Below, one piece after another: positions 37,350 through 49,516 of a DNA stretch of 64,000 nucleotides (its first letter is position 1; every line of letters starts with the position of its first letter). The notes below the pieces were generated by a model. The model saw only the letters and a program-made list of their open reading frames with translations, did no database searches and had not been told where the DNA came from. Source of the DNA: Clostridiales bacterium (GTDB lineage Bacteria; Bacillota; Clostridia; Christensenellales; CAG-138). Both the position numbers and the translations under genes were made by a program. The DNA lies in NCBI GenBank assembly GCA_918244965.1, contig CAKJYC010000002.1:28197-92196 (forward strand), read 5' to 3'.

Positions 37350-38738
37350 ATGACTGAAAAGCGCTCCGTTCTGTCCAAAAAAGCACAGCGCGTGATCCAT
37401 GTGATCGCCGCCGTACTCCTGAACCTCGGAATCGTGTTTTCCGCGGTCTATATTCTGTTCCATCTTTTGGAATACTACAATCCGCACACCTTTATCTTCC
37501 CGAACCTGCCGTGGCTGCCGATCGCGATCCCGGTCCTGTTCATTCTATCCGTACTGCTGTACGACCTGCTGTGGGTCGACGGTGCCTTCAAAAAGCATGG
37601 CTTCCAGAAACGGCGCATGTGGCTGATTATCCTATGCGATCTCATTCTGTTTGCGGCGCTTTCGCTGACGCTGTATCTGAAAACCTGCACGAACCCGCTG
37701 GTTGAGCACAACAGCATCAAGGAGTTTCAGCTGCCGACGCCGGTCGCAACCGATGCGCCGATGCCGCCCCCCGATGAACAACACGGCTCGGATCCGGAAG
37801 GTACGCCGGACGGAACGCTTTCCGAATCCTCCCCCGATCCCTCTTCGACGCCGCTGCAGGAGGATGATTACGGCGATGATCTCCTTCGCGGGAAGTATGC
37901 CGACAAATTTGCCGATCCGCCCATTGAACAGGTCTTCGACACATCGAATGTGGTCGAAAGACTGCCCGACGACGGTAAAAAATCGCTGATCTATGCTTAT
38001 TACGGACGCAACGCCGCGATTGAAATCTATTATTATAAAAAGCACAAGCTGGAGTATCAGTTTGCCGATATCTATGTGAAAAACCTGGATTGCTTCAAAA
38101 CGGCGTATTCGGACGCTCGCCGGGAGAATGTCAAGACGCAGGAATATGCACAGCGAATCAATGCGATCCTCGCGACAAACGGAGACAACTTTAATTCCGG
38201 CAAGATCACAGACGGACTTGTGATACGCAACGGCGCGCAGCTCTATCCCGGCGAGGGGCGGAAGCCTGACAAATACACGCGCGATATGTGCGTGTTGTAT
38301 CACGACGGTACGATCCGCGTCTACGACTGTGTGCTGGACAAGATTGATTATGATGAGATCCTGTCCAACTATCCGCAGCAGGTATTCTATTTCGGTCCGA
38401 AGCTCCTGAACGACGACGGAACAGCGCGCACAAAGTTCAATTCGGTGCTGTCGAAGGCGAATCCGCGTACGGTCCTCGGTTATTACGAGCCCGGCCATTA
38501 CGGTCTTGTCGTGGTGCTCGGCACGCGTGAAATGATCGACTACAACGGCAGCAACCACGGAAACGGCAAATCGCGCGGCATGACGCTCACCGATCTCTCC
38601 GAGCTGTGTGTGGAACTTGGATTCACGGCAGCCTACAACCTGGACGGCGGCGGATCATCCAGCATGGTCTGGAATAAGACGGTATTCGGTCACAACGACC
38701 GGACCCACGCGGATATCCTCGCCGTTCTGGATCCATAA
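37350..38738 (+). CDS. Membrane-anchored phosphodiester glycosidase family protein (DUF2233/NAGPA-like)
   Basis: N-terminal TM helices and a P/D/S-rich linker. C-terminal AYNLDGGGSSSMVW motif is typical of the family. Confidence 0.8.
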   Translation: MTEKRSVLSKKAQRVIHVIAAVLLNLGIVFSAVYILFHLLEYYNPHTFIFPNLPWLPIAIPVLFILSVLLYDLLWVDGAFKKHGFQKRRMWLIILCDLILFAALSLTLYLKTCTNPLVEHNSIKEFQLPTPVATDAPMPPPDEQHGSDPEGTPDGTLSESSPDPSSTPLQEDDYGDDLLRGKYADKFADPPIEQVFDTSNVVERLPDDGKKSLIYAYYGRNAAIEIYYYKKHKLEYQFADIYVKNLDCFKTAYSDARRENVKTQEYAQRINAILATNGDNFNSGKITDGLVIRNGAQLYPGEGRKPDKYTRDMCVLYHDGTIRVYDCVLDKIDYDEILSNYPQQVFYFGPKLLNDDGTARTKFNSVLSKANPRTVLGYYEPGHYGLVVVLGTREMIDYNGSNHGNGKSRGMTLTDLSELCVELGFTAAYNLDGGGSSSMVWNKTVFGHNDRTHADILAVLDP

Positions 38739-38747
38739 GGAGGACGC

Positions 38748-39119
38748 ATGAAAAAACGGTTACGCATCATTGCATTGATTCTTGCGCATCTCGGCGTGCT
38801 TCTGTCGATCCTGTATCTCGGTTTCTTTCTGATCATCCGTGCCCGTGCAAATCGCATCACGCGCGATGAATCGGTCAGCGAAACGGACCTGTACCTCGCG
38901 CAGGCGCTTTCCGAGCGTGATTTCTCCGTCTTTTCCGTCGGAAGAGCGCTGTCGGACGAATCCGATTCGGCGAAGGAAAACCTGTATATGGCACTCGATC
39001 TTGTCATTCCCGTTCTGTTTCTGTCATCCGGCGTGCTTCTGCAGATCGCCGTGACGCGAACGCGCCGCAAAGCAATCCATCAGCCAATACAATCATCACA
39101 TACCAGGAGGGAACTATGA
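38748..39119 (+). CDS. Small two-helix membrane protein, unknown function
   Basis: Two hydrophobic helices flank an acidic loop. Stop/start ATGA overlap with the downstream aminopeptidase gene. Confidence 0.55.
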   Translation: MKKRLRIIALILAHLGVLLSILYLGFFLIIRARANRITRDESVSETDLYLAQALSERDFSVFSVGRALSDESDSAKENLYMALDLVIPVLFLSSGVLLQIAVTRTRRKAIHQPIQSSHTRREL

Positions 39120-40426
39120 ACCAATCCGATCTTGATCGTACCAATGCGCTGCTCGATTTCATCGAGCGCTCCCCCGTCTGTTTTGCCGCCGTCCGTGAAG
39201 CGGAGCGGCAGCTCTCCGATGCAGGCTTTGTCCGGCTGTCCTTCCAGTCGACATGGGATCTGGCCCCCGGCGGACGCTACTTCATCACGCGCAACGGCTC
39301 GTCGCTGATCGCTTTTGTCGTCCCCGAAAACCCGCAGTCCGGTTTCATGATCGCGGCAAGCCACAGCGATTCCCCCTGTTGGAAGCTCAAAACCGACAGC
39401 GAGATCGTCATGTTCGATCGCTATCTGAAGCTCAATACCGAGGGCTACGGCGGCATGATCGTATCAAGCTGGTTCGACCGTCCTTTGTCGCTCGCCGGCC
39501 GCGCGATCGTCAAAAACGGCGATGCGTTTGAGACCCATGTCGTGACCTTCGATCGCGACCTTTGCCTGATCCCGAATGTGTGCATCCACTTCAATCGCGA
39601 GATCAACAGCGGATATAAGTACAACAACGCTGTCGATCCGCTGCCGCTGCTTTCCAATACAAAGGAAAAGGGTGCGATAAAGCAGCTGATTGCCGAACGG
39701 CTCGGTGTCGAATCCGACACAGTCGTTTCATACGATCTGTACGTCATCAACCGCACACGCGGCTCGGTTTTCGGCGCCGACGACGCATTCTTCTGCGCGC
39801 CGCGCATCGACGACCTGCAGTGCGCCTATACGACGCTTGCAGCGCTGCTCGAAGCAGAATCCTTCAAGGCGATCCCTGTCTATGCGCTGTTTGACAACGA
39901 GGAGGTTGGCAGCGGGACAAAACAGGGCGCGGCAAGCATGTTCCTGTACGACGTCGCAGCGCGCATCGCCGCGCACTACGGCCGCACGCTTTCCGAGATG
40001 CTGCCCGCGTCTTTGATGCTCTCCTGCGACAACGGACATGCCATGCACCCGAACCACCCGGAGCTCTCCGATGCAAGGAATGCGCCGCATATGAACGGCG
40101 GCGTCGTCATCAAGCACAACGCGAACCAGCGCTATACGACCGACGCGCTGTCCGAAGCGTTGTTCGCCGAGATCTGCCGTCGCGCGGGAGTTCCTGTTCA
40201 GCACTTTGCAAACCGCAGCGACATCGCGGGCGGTGGAACGCTCGGCAGCATCAGCAACACGCGCGTTTCGATGAAGACCGTCGACATCGGCCTCGCGCAG
40301 CTTGCCATGCACTCTGCGGTCGAGACCGGCGGCGTCATGGACACGGACTACATGGTCCGCGCCTGCAAGGCATTTTACGAAAGCGCACTTGTCATCACCG
40401 ACACCGGCGCGATCGCCGTACAATAA
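39116..40426 (+). CDS. M18-family aminopeptidase
   Basis: ASHSDSPCWKLK motif, DNEEVGS, and HPNHPE region typical of M18 aspartyl aminopeptidase-like enzymes. Confidence 0.9.
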   Translation: MNQSDLDRTNALLDFIERSPVCFAAVREAERQLSDAGFVRLSFQSTWDLAPGGRYFITRNGSSLIAFVVPENPQSGFMIAASHSDSPCWKLKTDSEIVMFDRYLKLNTEGYGGMIVSSWFDRPLSLAGRAIVKNGDAFETHVVTFDRDLCLIPNVCIHFNREINSGYKYNNAVDPLPLLSNTKEKGAIKQLIAERLGVESDTVVSYDLYVINRTRGSVFGADDAFFCAPRIDDLQCAYTTLAALLEAESFKAIPVYALFDNEEVGSGTKQGAASMFLYDVAARIAAHYGRTLSEMLPASLMLSCDNGHAMHPNHPELSDARNAPHMNGGVVIKHNANQRYTTDALSEALFAEICRRAGVPVQHFANRSDIAGGGTLGSISNTRVSMKTVDIGLAQLAMHSAVETGGVMDTDYMVRACKAFYESALVITDTGAIAVQ

Positions 40427-40441
40427 ACCTACCGAACGCGA

Positions 40442-40473
40442 ACGGGAGAAGGCAAACGCCCTCTCCCGTTTTT
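40442..40473 (+). terminator. Rho-independent terminator after the aminopeptidase gene
   Basis: Stem acgggaga(agg) / (ccc)tctcccgt followed by T5. Confidence 0.6.
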
Positions 40474-40489
40474 CTTGTGTCAATCCGGA

Positions 40490-41989
40490 TCAATAGCCTC
40501 TCCACGGGTCGATCCAGCTGCCGTCGATCGCGTTGATTGAAAGTAACGGCCGTCTGCTGCGTTCTTCATCGCTGTCGACAGTCCTCTGTTCGCCGGTTGT
40601 CTTGTGCGTTTCGGTCTTGTGCCGCACGCCCCAAAAATTCCATACCGGGACCAGCATGCCGGAATCAAAGCGGTTCGGTTCCATTACACGCTGCAGCGAA
40701 AGCGTGATCCGCGTCACCTCGAAATCGAGTCCTGTCGTACAGAAGCCTTGCTCGTCGCCGCCCGCCGATGCAAGATCGGTTACAAGCCACACTCCATTTT
40801 CCGTCCACATCTGATCCGTGAAAGAAGTAAGAATCTTCTCGTACGGTTGCAGCTTCGTCGCTTCCAAAAGCGTTTCGGTTACGCGAATCGGATTGACCCA
40901 TGTGAATCCGTAGATGCCCTTTTCGTCGATGCACAGCTCAATCTCCTCATAGCTCCACTCCGGCGCAAAACGTTCGCTTTGAATCGCTCCGGTTGCGTAT
41001 TCGCCGCTGAGGCTTGCCACATTGATCCCGTCAACGCTGCGCACACAGGTGATCCGATAGCCGTACGCCGTTTTCGTGCCGTCGAAGCAGAGCGCGATCG
41101 AATCCGGCACGATCTCCGGACATCCGATCTCCTCAAAAAACCGTTCTGCGTACCTGAGCGCCTGCGCGGGCAGGTATGCGATCTCAGGATATGCGTCGAG
41201 CTCGGCCGGATCGTTCGCGTCCCGAATGACCACGCTCGTCTGCCCGTCGCTGCCGCGCGCGCGGTTCCGGTCATCCATAAAGTAAAGGTTCATGCTTTTG
41301 ATCGCATCTTTGCCGTTTTCCGTCGTATTCGGATTATCTGGGTCGGTGATGTTCACATAAAACGTCTGCGGCGGAAGCCCGTCATTTGTTTGCAATCGTA
41401 ACCCGTAGCGCAGGAACGTCGGCGAATCCGGACTGTTCTGACACGGATAGGAGTACATCGTACCGTCGCAGGCGACAAGCTCGTCTGCGGAATCCGGTGC
41501 GTTCGGAAACTGCGCTTTCAGCGCTTCGATATGTTCTTCATAGAACGTGCGCGTCGAATCATCCAAAGACGGATTATCAAGCATTTCTTCCATCTCCGTA
41601 ATGCTTTCTGCAATCTGCGTTTTGGTCATGCTGCTGTCACCGGCGCGATAGAGTGTTCGTCCGGTGGTCAGTCGGTTGAGAATCTTTGTGATGGTACTCT
41701 GATCCGGAATATCGCGTTCCACGCGCAGGATCGGGATCGCTTTTGTGTCCGGAACTTCTATATGCGCATTGATGCGGACCGTAAACGTGCCGTCAGCAAA
41801 CGCCGTCTCGTCACGCATCGTCTCCGGGATGCCGTATTGCTCCCGGATCGGTATATCGGGCGTCTCGTCCGGCTCTGCCTTGCCGAGCATTTCATCGACA
41901 TCCTTATGCGTGACAAACTCCTCCTCCGGCGTCGCCTGACAGGCGGCAAGAAGAACCAGCGACAGCAGAATCAGTATGGCTTTTTTCAA
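40490..41989 (-). CDS. Large lipoprotein of unknown function
   Basis: Lipobox MKKAILILLSLVLLAACQ. 499 aa with no recognisable catalytic motif. Has a truncated paralog at 45868. Confidence 0.8.
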   Translation of the reverse strand: MKKAILILLSLVLLAACQATPEEEFVTHKDVDEMLGKAEPDETPDIPIREQYGIPETMRDETAFADGTFTVRINAHIEVPDTKAIPILRVERDIPDQSTITKILNRLTTGRTLYRAGDSSMTKTQIAESITEMEEMLDNPSLDDSTRTFYEEHIEALKAQFPNAPDSADELVACDGTMYSYPCQNSPDSPTFLRYGLRLQTNDGLPPQTFYVNITDPDNPNTTENGKDAIKSMNLYFMDDRNRARGSDGQTSVVIRDANDPAELDAYPEIAYLPAQALRYAERFFEEIGCPEIVPDSIALCFDGTKTAYGYRITCVRSVDGINVASLSGEYATGAIQSERFAPEWSYEEIELCIDEKGIYGFTWVNPIRVTETLLEATKLQPYEKILTSFTDQMWTENGVWLVTDLASAGGDEQGFCTTGLDFEVTRITLSLQRVMEPNRFDSGMLVPVWNFWGVRHKTETHKTTGEQRTVDSDEERSRRPLLSINAIDGSWIDPWRGY

Positions 41990-42088
41990 AAAAATGCACC
42001 TCCCTTATCATGCTTTCAGCATAGCAGGGAGATGCAAAATAGTTGCGTTATTGCAATGAACGAAATGCGGAATTTGTATGAACAACTG

Positions 42089-42886
42089 CTAACGCTGTTT
42101 CAGAACGGCGCGGATCGCAAATAGTTTCAGCTTTTGGGGGAGGATCCCATAGAGACGCAGCAGCGGATTGCGGTTCAGGGAATACGCGAAGCGCGGGTGC
42201 TTCTTTTTCAGAACGCGGTCGATCTTTTTTGCAACGCGTTCGGGCGGGACGGCCTTCGCCTCGACCGAGTTTGTCACGCCTAAAAACTTTGCGGCAATGC
42301 CCGGATACCGTTTTGTGCGCGAGGTGAACGCTTCGATGCTTTTGACCGAACCGCCCAATAGCGGCGTCTCCACCGCGCCGGGACGGATGACCGAAACGGA
42401 AATGCCCAGCAGCTGCAGCTCCATTGCAAGCGAGAATGCGTACTTGTCCAGCGTGCCCTTGGTGATCCCGTACAGGCCCGTAAACGGCAGCGGATCGAGG
42501 TCCGCAAGCTCGCTTGTGACAAGCACGATCCGCGCGCCCTTATGGAGCAGCGGCAGGAAGGTCTTGACCGTGCGGTATGCGCCGAATACGTTGATCCCGA
42601 AAATGCGGCGCATCCTCGCCTCGTCGATCTCGACGAGCGAATCCGCGTCATAGACGCCCGCCGCGTACACAATTGCGTCGATCGCGTCCGTCACGGCCTT
42701 AGCCGCGTCAAACGCCGCCGTGACTGCATCCGGGTCGGTGACGTCCGCAAACAGCGGAACAACGCCCTCCGGCAGCACGGCGCCGGGGCGATCCATGCCA
42801 AGCACGGTATGTCCCTGCTGCAAAAACAAACGCGCGCAGGCAGAGCCCATTCCTCCGCCTGCGCCGATCAGCAGAATCGTTTTCAT
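42089..42886 (-). CDS. Short-chain dehydrogenase/reductase (SDR)
   Basis: GAGGGMGSA dinucleotide motif and YGITK active-site motif. ATGA overlap with the trpS stop. Confidence 0.9.
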   Translation of the reverse strand: MKTILLIGAGGGMGSACARLFLQQGHTVLGMDRPGAVLPEGVVPLFADVTDPDAVTAAFDAAKAVTDAIDAIVYAAGVYDADSLVEIDEARMRRIFGINVFGAYRTVKTFLPLLHKGARIVLVTSELADLDPLPFTGLYGITKGTLDKYAFSLAMELQLLGISVSVIRPGAVETPLLGGSVKSIEAFTSRTKRYPGIAAKFLGVTNSVEAKAVPPERVAKKIDRVLKKKHPRFAYSLNRNPLLRLYGILPQKLKLFAIRAVLKQR

Positions 42887-43995
42887 TGCAGCTTTGCCGC
42901 TTTCAAAAGCGTTTCCCATTCCTTCACGATCGAGCGGTCGTTGAAGTAGTTGATGCGCATCGCGGCGCGCACGCGTTCAAGCGTTTCGTTGGTGATCTCC
43001 ACCGCTCGCTTCGTGCCTTCGCGCAGCACGTCATAGACCGCGTCGATGTCGGCCTCCCACTTTGCGCGCTCCGCGCGGATCGGACCGAGCTCGGTTTCGA
43101 GCACGTTGATGAGAAACTTCTTGCAGGTCCCGTCACCAAGTCCGCCGCGGCAGTAATGCGCCTTCATTTCGCCAAGGTTCGCGTACTCCGGCAAAAATGC
43201 CGCAAAGTGCGCGTCGGTCGCAAGCGCGTCCAGATACGTGAACACAACGTTGCCCTCAAGGTGTCCCGGATCCTCGATGCGAAGGTGCTGCGGATCGGTA
43301 AACATTTTGCCGTTGACCTGCTTTTTGACGGTCTTAGCGTCGTCGGACAGATAGATGCAGTTGCCGAGCGACTTGGACATCTTTGCCTTGCCGTCGACGC
43401 CGGGCAGCCTGCGCTGCGTCTCGTTTTCCGGGATCAGCGCCTTCGGGAAAACCAGCGTTTCGCCGTAGATGCGGTTGAACTTTTCGACGATCTCGCGCGT
43501 CTGTTCGATCATCGGAAGCTGATCCTCGCCGACTGGGACGACGGTCGCGTTGAACGCGGTGATGTCCGCCGCCTGCGAGACCGGATAGCTGAAAAAGCCT
43601 GCCGGAAGGCCCTCGTCCGCAAAGCCGCGCATCTGGATCTCCGCCTTGACGGTGGGGTTTCTGGACAGCCTTGCGGTCGTGACAAGGTTCATATAGTAGA
43701 ACGTCAGCGCATGCAGCGCGGGCAGCGCGGACTGGATGCAGATCGTGGACTTGTTCGGGTCAATGCCGACCGAAAGATAGTCCAGCGCGACCTGCACGAT
43801 GTTGTCGCGGATCTTTGCGGGGTTGTCCGCATTGTCGGTCAGCGCCTGATCGTCTGCGATCAGGATGTTGATCGCGTCGAATCTGCCGGAGTTCTGCAGC
43901 TCGACACGGCGTTTCAACGAACCGACATAATGCCCGAGGTGCAGTCTGCCGGTCGGGCGGTCGCCGGTCAGGATGATGTTCTTTTCGTTTGCCAT
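42883..43995 (-). CDS. trpS: Tryptophan--tRNA ligase (long, about 370 aa form)
   Basis: HLGH (HIGH) and KMSKS motifs. [16 protein letters not shown]-terminus. RBS GGAGGCAACC. Confidence 0.95.
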   Translation of the reverse strand: MANEKNIILTGDRPTGRLHLGHYVGSLKRRVELQNSGRFDAINILIADDQALTDNADNPAKIRDNIVQVALDYLSVGIDPNKSTICIQSALPALHALTFYYMNLVTTARLSRNPTVKAEIQMRGFADEGLPAGFFSYPVSQAADITAFNATVVPVGEDQLPMIEQTREIVEKFNRIYGETLVFPKALIPENETQRRLPGVDGKAKMSKSLGNCIYLSDDAKTVKKQVNGKMFTDPQHLRIEDPGHLEGNVVFTYLDALATDAHFAAFLPEYANLGEMKAHYCRGGLGDGTCKKFLINVLETELGPIRAERAKWEADIDAVYDVLREGTKRAVEITNETLERVRAAMRINYFNDRSIVKEWETLLKAAKLQ

Positions 43996-44098
43996 GGTTG
44001 CCTCCGTAAAGGGTACTTATTGCGATACATTATATCGCATTGTGTGTCGCTCGTCCATAGCTTTTTTCAGATTCGGCGCGTTCTCTTTCCGGTTTCGG

Positions 44099-44127
44099 TT
44101 GCCGCATGCGTCGCGCTGTGCTATACT
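44099..44127 (+). promoter_or_regulatory. Sigma-A-type promoter with extended -10 for the cupin/oxidoreductase pair
   Basis: TTGCCG-17 nt-TGcTATACT, 29 nt upstream of ATG 44157. Confidence 0.45.
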
Positions 44128-44156
44128 GAATACAAATGAGGCCGTGAGGTGGTACG

Positions 44157-44663
44157 ATGACAAAGGAAGACGTGATCAAAGCACTCGGCATGGAGCCGTT
44201 GCCAAACGAGGGCGGGCTGTACAAAAAGATGTTCCGAAGCGACGAGGTCTATCCCGATGGATTGCTTCCGGGCCGGATCGGGCCGCACGTCGTTTACGGA
44301 TCCATTCTGTATCTGCTGACACAGGATTCCGTTTCGCGCATGCACCGTCTGCCGACTGACGAGATCTGGCATTTTTACATGGGCGCGTCGTGTGAAACGA
44401 CGGTGCTGTGTCCCGACGGGTCCGGTTATGTGAACCGACTCGGCAACGATCTGATGCGCGGCGAATGCGTCACGGCGCTCGTGCCGCGCGGCTGCTGGCA
44501 AGGAACGCGCATCATCGGCGAAGGCGATTGGGCGCTGCTCGGCACGACGATGGCTCCTGACTATGAGGATTGCGATTATACGGACGGCGACGATACGCTG
44601 CTCGACGCCTACCCCGCCTTCTCGGACGCGCTGCACATTCTGTTGAAACGACCGGAGGATTGA
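44157..44663 (+). CDS. Cupin-fold protein (DUF985/cupin_5-like)
   Basis: N-terminal LGMEPLPNEGGLYKKMFRS and SILYLL...S.MHRL..DEIWHFY pattern. Confidence 0.75.
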   Translation: MTKEDVIKALGMEPLPNEGGLYKKMFRSDEVYPDGLLPGRIGPHVVYGSILYLLTQDSVSRMHRLPTDEIWHFYMGASCETTVLCPDGSGYVNRLGNDLMRGECVTALVPRGCWQGTRIIGEGDWALLGTTMAPDYEDCDYTDGDDTLLDAYPAFSDALHILLKRPED

Positions 44664-44667
44664 ACCG

Positions 44668-45714
44668 ATGGACAGTATTCTGATCGGCTGCGGGCAGATC
44701 GCCTGCACGCACCTTCTCGCACTGAACAGGCTCGGCCATTCCGTTTCATGGGTCGTCGGGCGCGATCTCAAGCGCACGGAAGCGTTTGCAAGGGAATTCG
44801 GCATCGCATACGCAACGACCGATCTCAACGAAGCGTTGTCATCCGATGCGCGGGTCGTACATGTCTGTACGCCGCCGACCAACCATTATCAGACGATCTG
44901 CGCCTGCCTTGATGCCGGCAAGCATGTCGTCTCCGAAAAGCCGCTCTGCATCTCCGTGCAGGAAGCCGAAACGCTCTCCCGCCGCGCAGCGGAAACGGAT
45001 CGGATCACCGTGCTTTGCTGCAATGTGCGCTGTTATCCCGCGAACGTGGAAGCGGCGCGGCGCATCCGCAGCGGCGAGATCGGCCGTCCGCTGATCGTCA
45101 GTGGCTCGTATCTGCAGGAATTCCATGCGCCGCCCCATGACGACGGCTGGCGATTCGATCCGACGCAGTCCGGGAACCAGCGCGCGATCAGCGAGATCGG
45201 CACGCATTGGATCGACCTTGCCTACGCATGGACCGGGACGCGCATCGTCGCCGTCTGCGCCGCGCTCGGCAACTGGTACCCCGTCCGCTACCGCAAGGGC
45301 GGTCGGCTTTCCGCCGTTCCCGAAGGCGAACCGGTCCGTGTCGAAACCGAGGACGCCGCCGCGATCGCGCTGCGCTTTGCGGACGGCGCGATCGGCACGC
45401 TGATGCTGTCCGAGCTTTCCCGCGGGCATTTCAATGACCTTTCGATCGAGGTCAACGGGACCGGCGGCACGCTGCGCTGGGACGAGTGCGCGCCGAATGC
45501 CCTGCTGCGGTCCGAAGGCGCGTCGATGCAGCCGCAGACCGTGTCCGAAACGGACCGCGAGCACACGTTTGACGCGCTGTTTGCCTCCGTGTACGCCGCG
45601 ATCGACGGCACGCCGCACGATCCGTTTCCCACCTTCGAGGACGGCGCGTACATTGCGCGCGTTTGCGACGCGATCCGAAAAAGCGGCGTGACCGGCGAAT
45701 GGGTCGAAGTCTGA
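44668..45714 (+). CDS. Gfo/Idh/MocA family oxidoreductase
   Basis: N-terminal Rossmann ILIGCGQIA, EKPL motif (VVSEKPLC), and a C-terminal alpha/beta domain. Confidence 0.9.
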   Translation: MDSILIGCGQIACTHLLALNRLGHSVSWVVGRDLKRTEAFAREFGIAYATTDLNEALSSDARVVHVCTPPTNHYQTICACLDAGKHVVSEKPLCISVQEAETLSRRAAETDRITVLCCNVRCYPANVEAARRIRSGEIGRPLIVSGSYLQEFHAPPHDDGWRFDPTQSGNQRAISEIGTHWIDLAYAWTGTRIVAVCAALGNWYPVRYRKGGRLSAVPEGEPVRVETEDAAAIALRFADGAIGTLMLSELSRGHFNDLSIEVNGTGGTLRWDECAPNALLRSEGASMQPQTVSETDREHTFDALFASVYAAIDGTPHDPFPTFEDGAYIARVCDAIRKSGVTGEWVEV

Positions 45715-45867
45715 TTCGGCTATCCGCAATCTGGCTTTCGGATTTCGATCGAATTCCACTGCATACAAGTCATAACGCAAAACCATTACATTGTCATTAT
45801 AGTTTCATGAAGTTTTTCCCGGTCGGATGCGGTATCATAGACGCAGAACCCGAATGGATGTGATTCC

Positions 45868-46276
45868 ATGAAACGAATGATGCTTGTTCTCCTTGCGAGT
45901 CTGTTTCTTGCTGCCTGCGTACCGACGCCGGACGAGTCGATCGTGATCGGCAAGGACAACGAGGCGATGATCGAAAAATCGAAGGCGACCGATGCGCCTG
46001 CGTCTGCCGGGATCGCATTGCGGGAACAGCTCGGCTGTCCGGAGGTATTCTCCGTTGCATATACAGACGAGACGAAGAAGATTCAAATTACCGGCGACGC
46101 CGGGGTGATCCTGCCTGACACGGACGGCGTGCCTCTCTTATACGTGGAAGCGGACCGGTTCCGTCAGGAGACGGTGTACGCCTTTTTGTATCCAAAAAAG
46201 GACCGTTCCCTGCTTGGAACGATCCTTTGCGATCTATACCAGAAAGTCTTTCAGTTTTCGGTGTGCCTTTTTCGGT

Positions 46277-46296
<20 letters not shown>
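45868..46296 (+). pseudogene. Truncated paralog (N-terminal ~105 aa only) of the 499-aa lipoprotein at 40490-41989
   Basis: The lipobox LFLAAC and the collinear blocks TP(D/E)E..V..KD, REQ.G.PE, PDT...P.L.VE match the full-length gene. From about 46190 the frame reads through the rpoD terminator hairpin and the rpoD 3' end. Confidence 0.45.
46194..46225 (-). terminator. Rho-independent terminator of the dnaG-rpoD operon
   Basis: 10-bp stem (one mismatch) ggatcgttcc / ggaacggtcc on the - strand, followed by T6. Confidence 0.65.
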
Positions 46297-47710
<1,414 letters not shown>

Positions 47711-47721
47711 GTCCCGTCTCC

Positions 47722-49479
47722 TTATTTATTTGCCCGTATGCGTTCTGTGATCTCTTTCAAAACGGCGTTCCGTTCCTCCGCCGTTAAATCCGTTCTGTTC
47801 AGCCGTTTCTGCAGTGTTGAGATCCTGTCGGCTTCGTCCTCGCGGTTCATGCGGCGAATGCAGTCCGCGACCGTCTCAACCGGGTTCTGCACTGCGTCCT
47901 CCTCCTTGAGCACCGCCGAAGCAATCTCTGCGTCCTTTCCGTCCAGCTCGCCGATATACTTGACTGCCGAAAAAGCGCTGCCTTGCTCTTGCATTGCGTT
48001 CATCATCGCCGCAAAGACGGCGTTTTTGAGCAGCTGCCCGGCGTTTTCACGCGATGCGTATGCAAGCGCATTCTTATCCGTCAGGCACGCAAGGACCAGC
48101 GTCCGCTCGATGACGTCGCGCGGATCTTCGCCGGCGTCGATCCGTCTGCGGAATCCGCCGCGGACCGGCGTCTGATTCGGCTCGGTGTAGATCCCGCCGC
48201 TGCGCATGCCCTGCGCCTTTAACGCGTCGAGCGCATAGCCCGTCTTTTTGGCGATCAGCTTATAGTAACGCTCCTGCTCGATCGGCTGCAGACCCGCCAC
48301 GAATGCGCATGCCGTCTTTGCATAACGCTCACGGCCGTTTTCGTCGTTCATGTCGTAGCCCTTCGCCATCGTTTCGAGCTTGAAGGCGTTCAGCGACAGC
48401 GCGTTGTCCTTAAGCCGGTCGAAACCTTCCTTGCCGTAGATCTGCACGTATTCGTCCGGATCGAGATCGTCCGGAAACGTGATGACGCGTACCTCAAGCC
48501 CTTCGGCTTTCAGAATATCGAGGCCGCGCACCATGGCGTTCTGTCCCGCCGCGTCGCCGTCATAGGCAATGTAAACCTTCTCGACATAGCGTTTCAGCAG
48601 TCTTGCCTGCTGCTGTGTCAGTGCCGTTCCGAGGCTTGCGACGGCATTCTTCACGCCCGCCTTATAGAGCCCGATGACGTCCATATAGCCCTCGACCATA
48701 ATAAGATCGTCGAGCTTTTCGTTCCGATGCAGGTACAGGCCGTACAGATTGTTGCGCTTGTTGTAGACAGGTGTATCGCCCGTGTTGATATACTTCGGTT
48801 TTTCATCGCCCATCACGCGCGCGCCGAAGCCGAGCACCTGACCGTTGACGCCGAGGATCGGAAAGATCAGCCGCCCGCGAAACGCGTCGTATACCGAGCC
48901 GCGCTCCGCATTGTGCACGAGCAGTCCCGCGTCAACAAGCTCCTTCTCGGAATAGCCCTTGCCCTTCAGGAGCTTGAGAAGCGAATCCCACGTGTCCGGC
49001 GCATATCCGATGCCGAACCGTGTGACGATCTCTGCGTTCAATCCGCGTTTTGCGGCGTATTTTTGCGCGTCCCTGCCCGTTTCCGGATCGAGGAAGCACC
49101 GGCTGTAATACCGCGCAGCCTCTGTATTCGCTTCGATCATGCGCTTCTTGTACGCACGCTGTCGCTGCATCTCGCGATCGTTGATTTCGTTCGGCAGCTC
49201 CATGCCGACGCGGTTCGCCAGGTTCTGTACCGCCTCATAGAACGTCAGCCGCTCCATATCCATCACAAACTGGATCACGGTGCCGCCGGCGTGACAGCCA
49301 AAACAGTAAAAAAGCTGCTTGTCCGGCGAAACGGAGAACGACGGCGTCTTTTCGCCGTGCAGCGGACAGCATGCCCAGAGCTTGCGGCCCTTCGGCTTCA
49401 GCTCGACATATTCCGAAACGACGGATACAATATCGTTTTTGTGCAACAGCTCATCGAGCCATGCGCTCGGAAACGCCAT
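47722..49479 (-). CDS. dnaG: DNA primase
   Basis: Zinc finger [13 protein letters not shown]...[10 protein letters not shown] and TOPRIM EGYMDV. ATG at 49479 follows GGAAAGGAGGACAGAGG. Confidence 0.95.
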   Translation of the reverse strand: MAFPSAWLDELLHKNDIVSVVSEYVELKPKGRKLWACCPLHGEKTPSFSVSPDKQLFYCFGCHAGGTVIQFVMDMERLTFYEAVQNLANRVGMELPNEINDREMQRQRAYKKRMIEANTEAARYYSRCFLDPETGRDAQKYAAKRGLNAEIVTRFGIGYAPDTWDSLLKLLKGKGYSEKELVDAGLLVHNAERGSVYDAFRGRLIFPILGVNGQVLGFGARVMGDEKPKYINTGDTPVYNKRNNLYGLYLHRNEKLDDLIMVEGYMDVIGLYKAGVKNAVASLGTALTQQQARLLKRYVEKVYIAYDGDAAGQNAMVRGLDILKAEGLEVRVITFPDDLDPDEYVQIYGKEGFDRLKDNALSLNAFKLETMAKGYDMNDENGRERYAKTACAFVAGLQPIEQERYYKLIAKKTGYALDALKAQGMRSGGIYTEPNQTPVRGGFRRRIDAGEDPRDVIERTLVLACLTDKNALAYASRENAGQLLKNAVFAAMMNAMQEQGSAFSAVKYIGELDGKDAEIASAVLKEEDAVQNPVETVADCIRRMNREDEADRISTLQKRLNRTDLTAEERNAVLKEITERIRANK

Positions 49480-49516
49480 CCTCTGTCCTCCTTTCCGCAA
49501 ACATAACAGAAACCGT

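Noticed and set aside
43996-44156. Possible T-box leader upstream of trpS. A GGTGGTAC word, as in the T-box core, occurs at 44147-44154.
   Set aside because: The GGTGGTAC word is on the + strand, 3 nt before the cupin start codon, where it serves as part of that gene's RBS region. On the trpS strand the spacer is only 161 nt. It has no specifier-loop, T-box or terminator-antiterminator arrangement that I could find.
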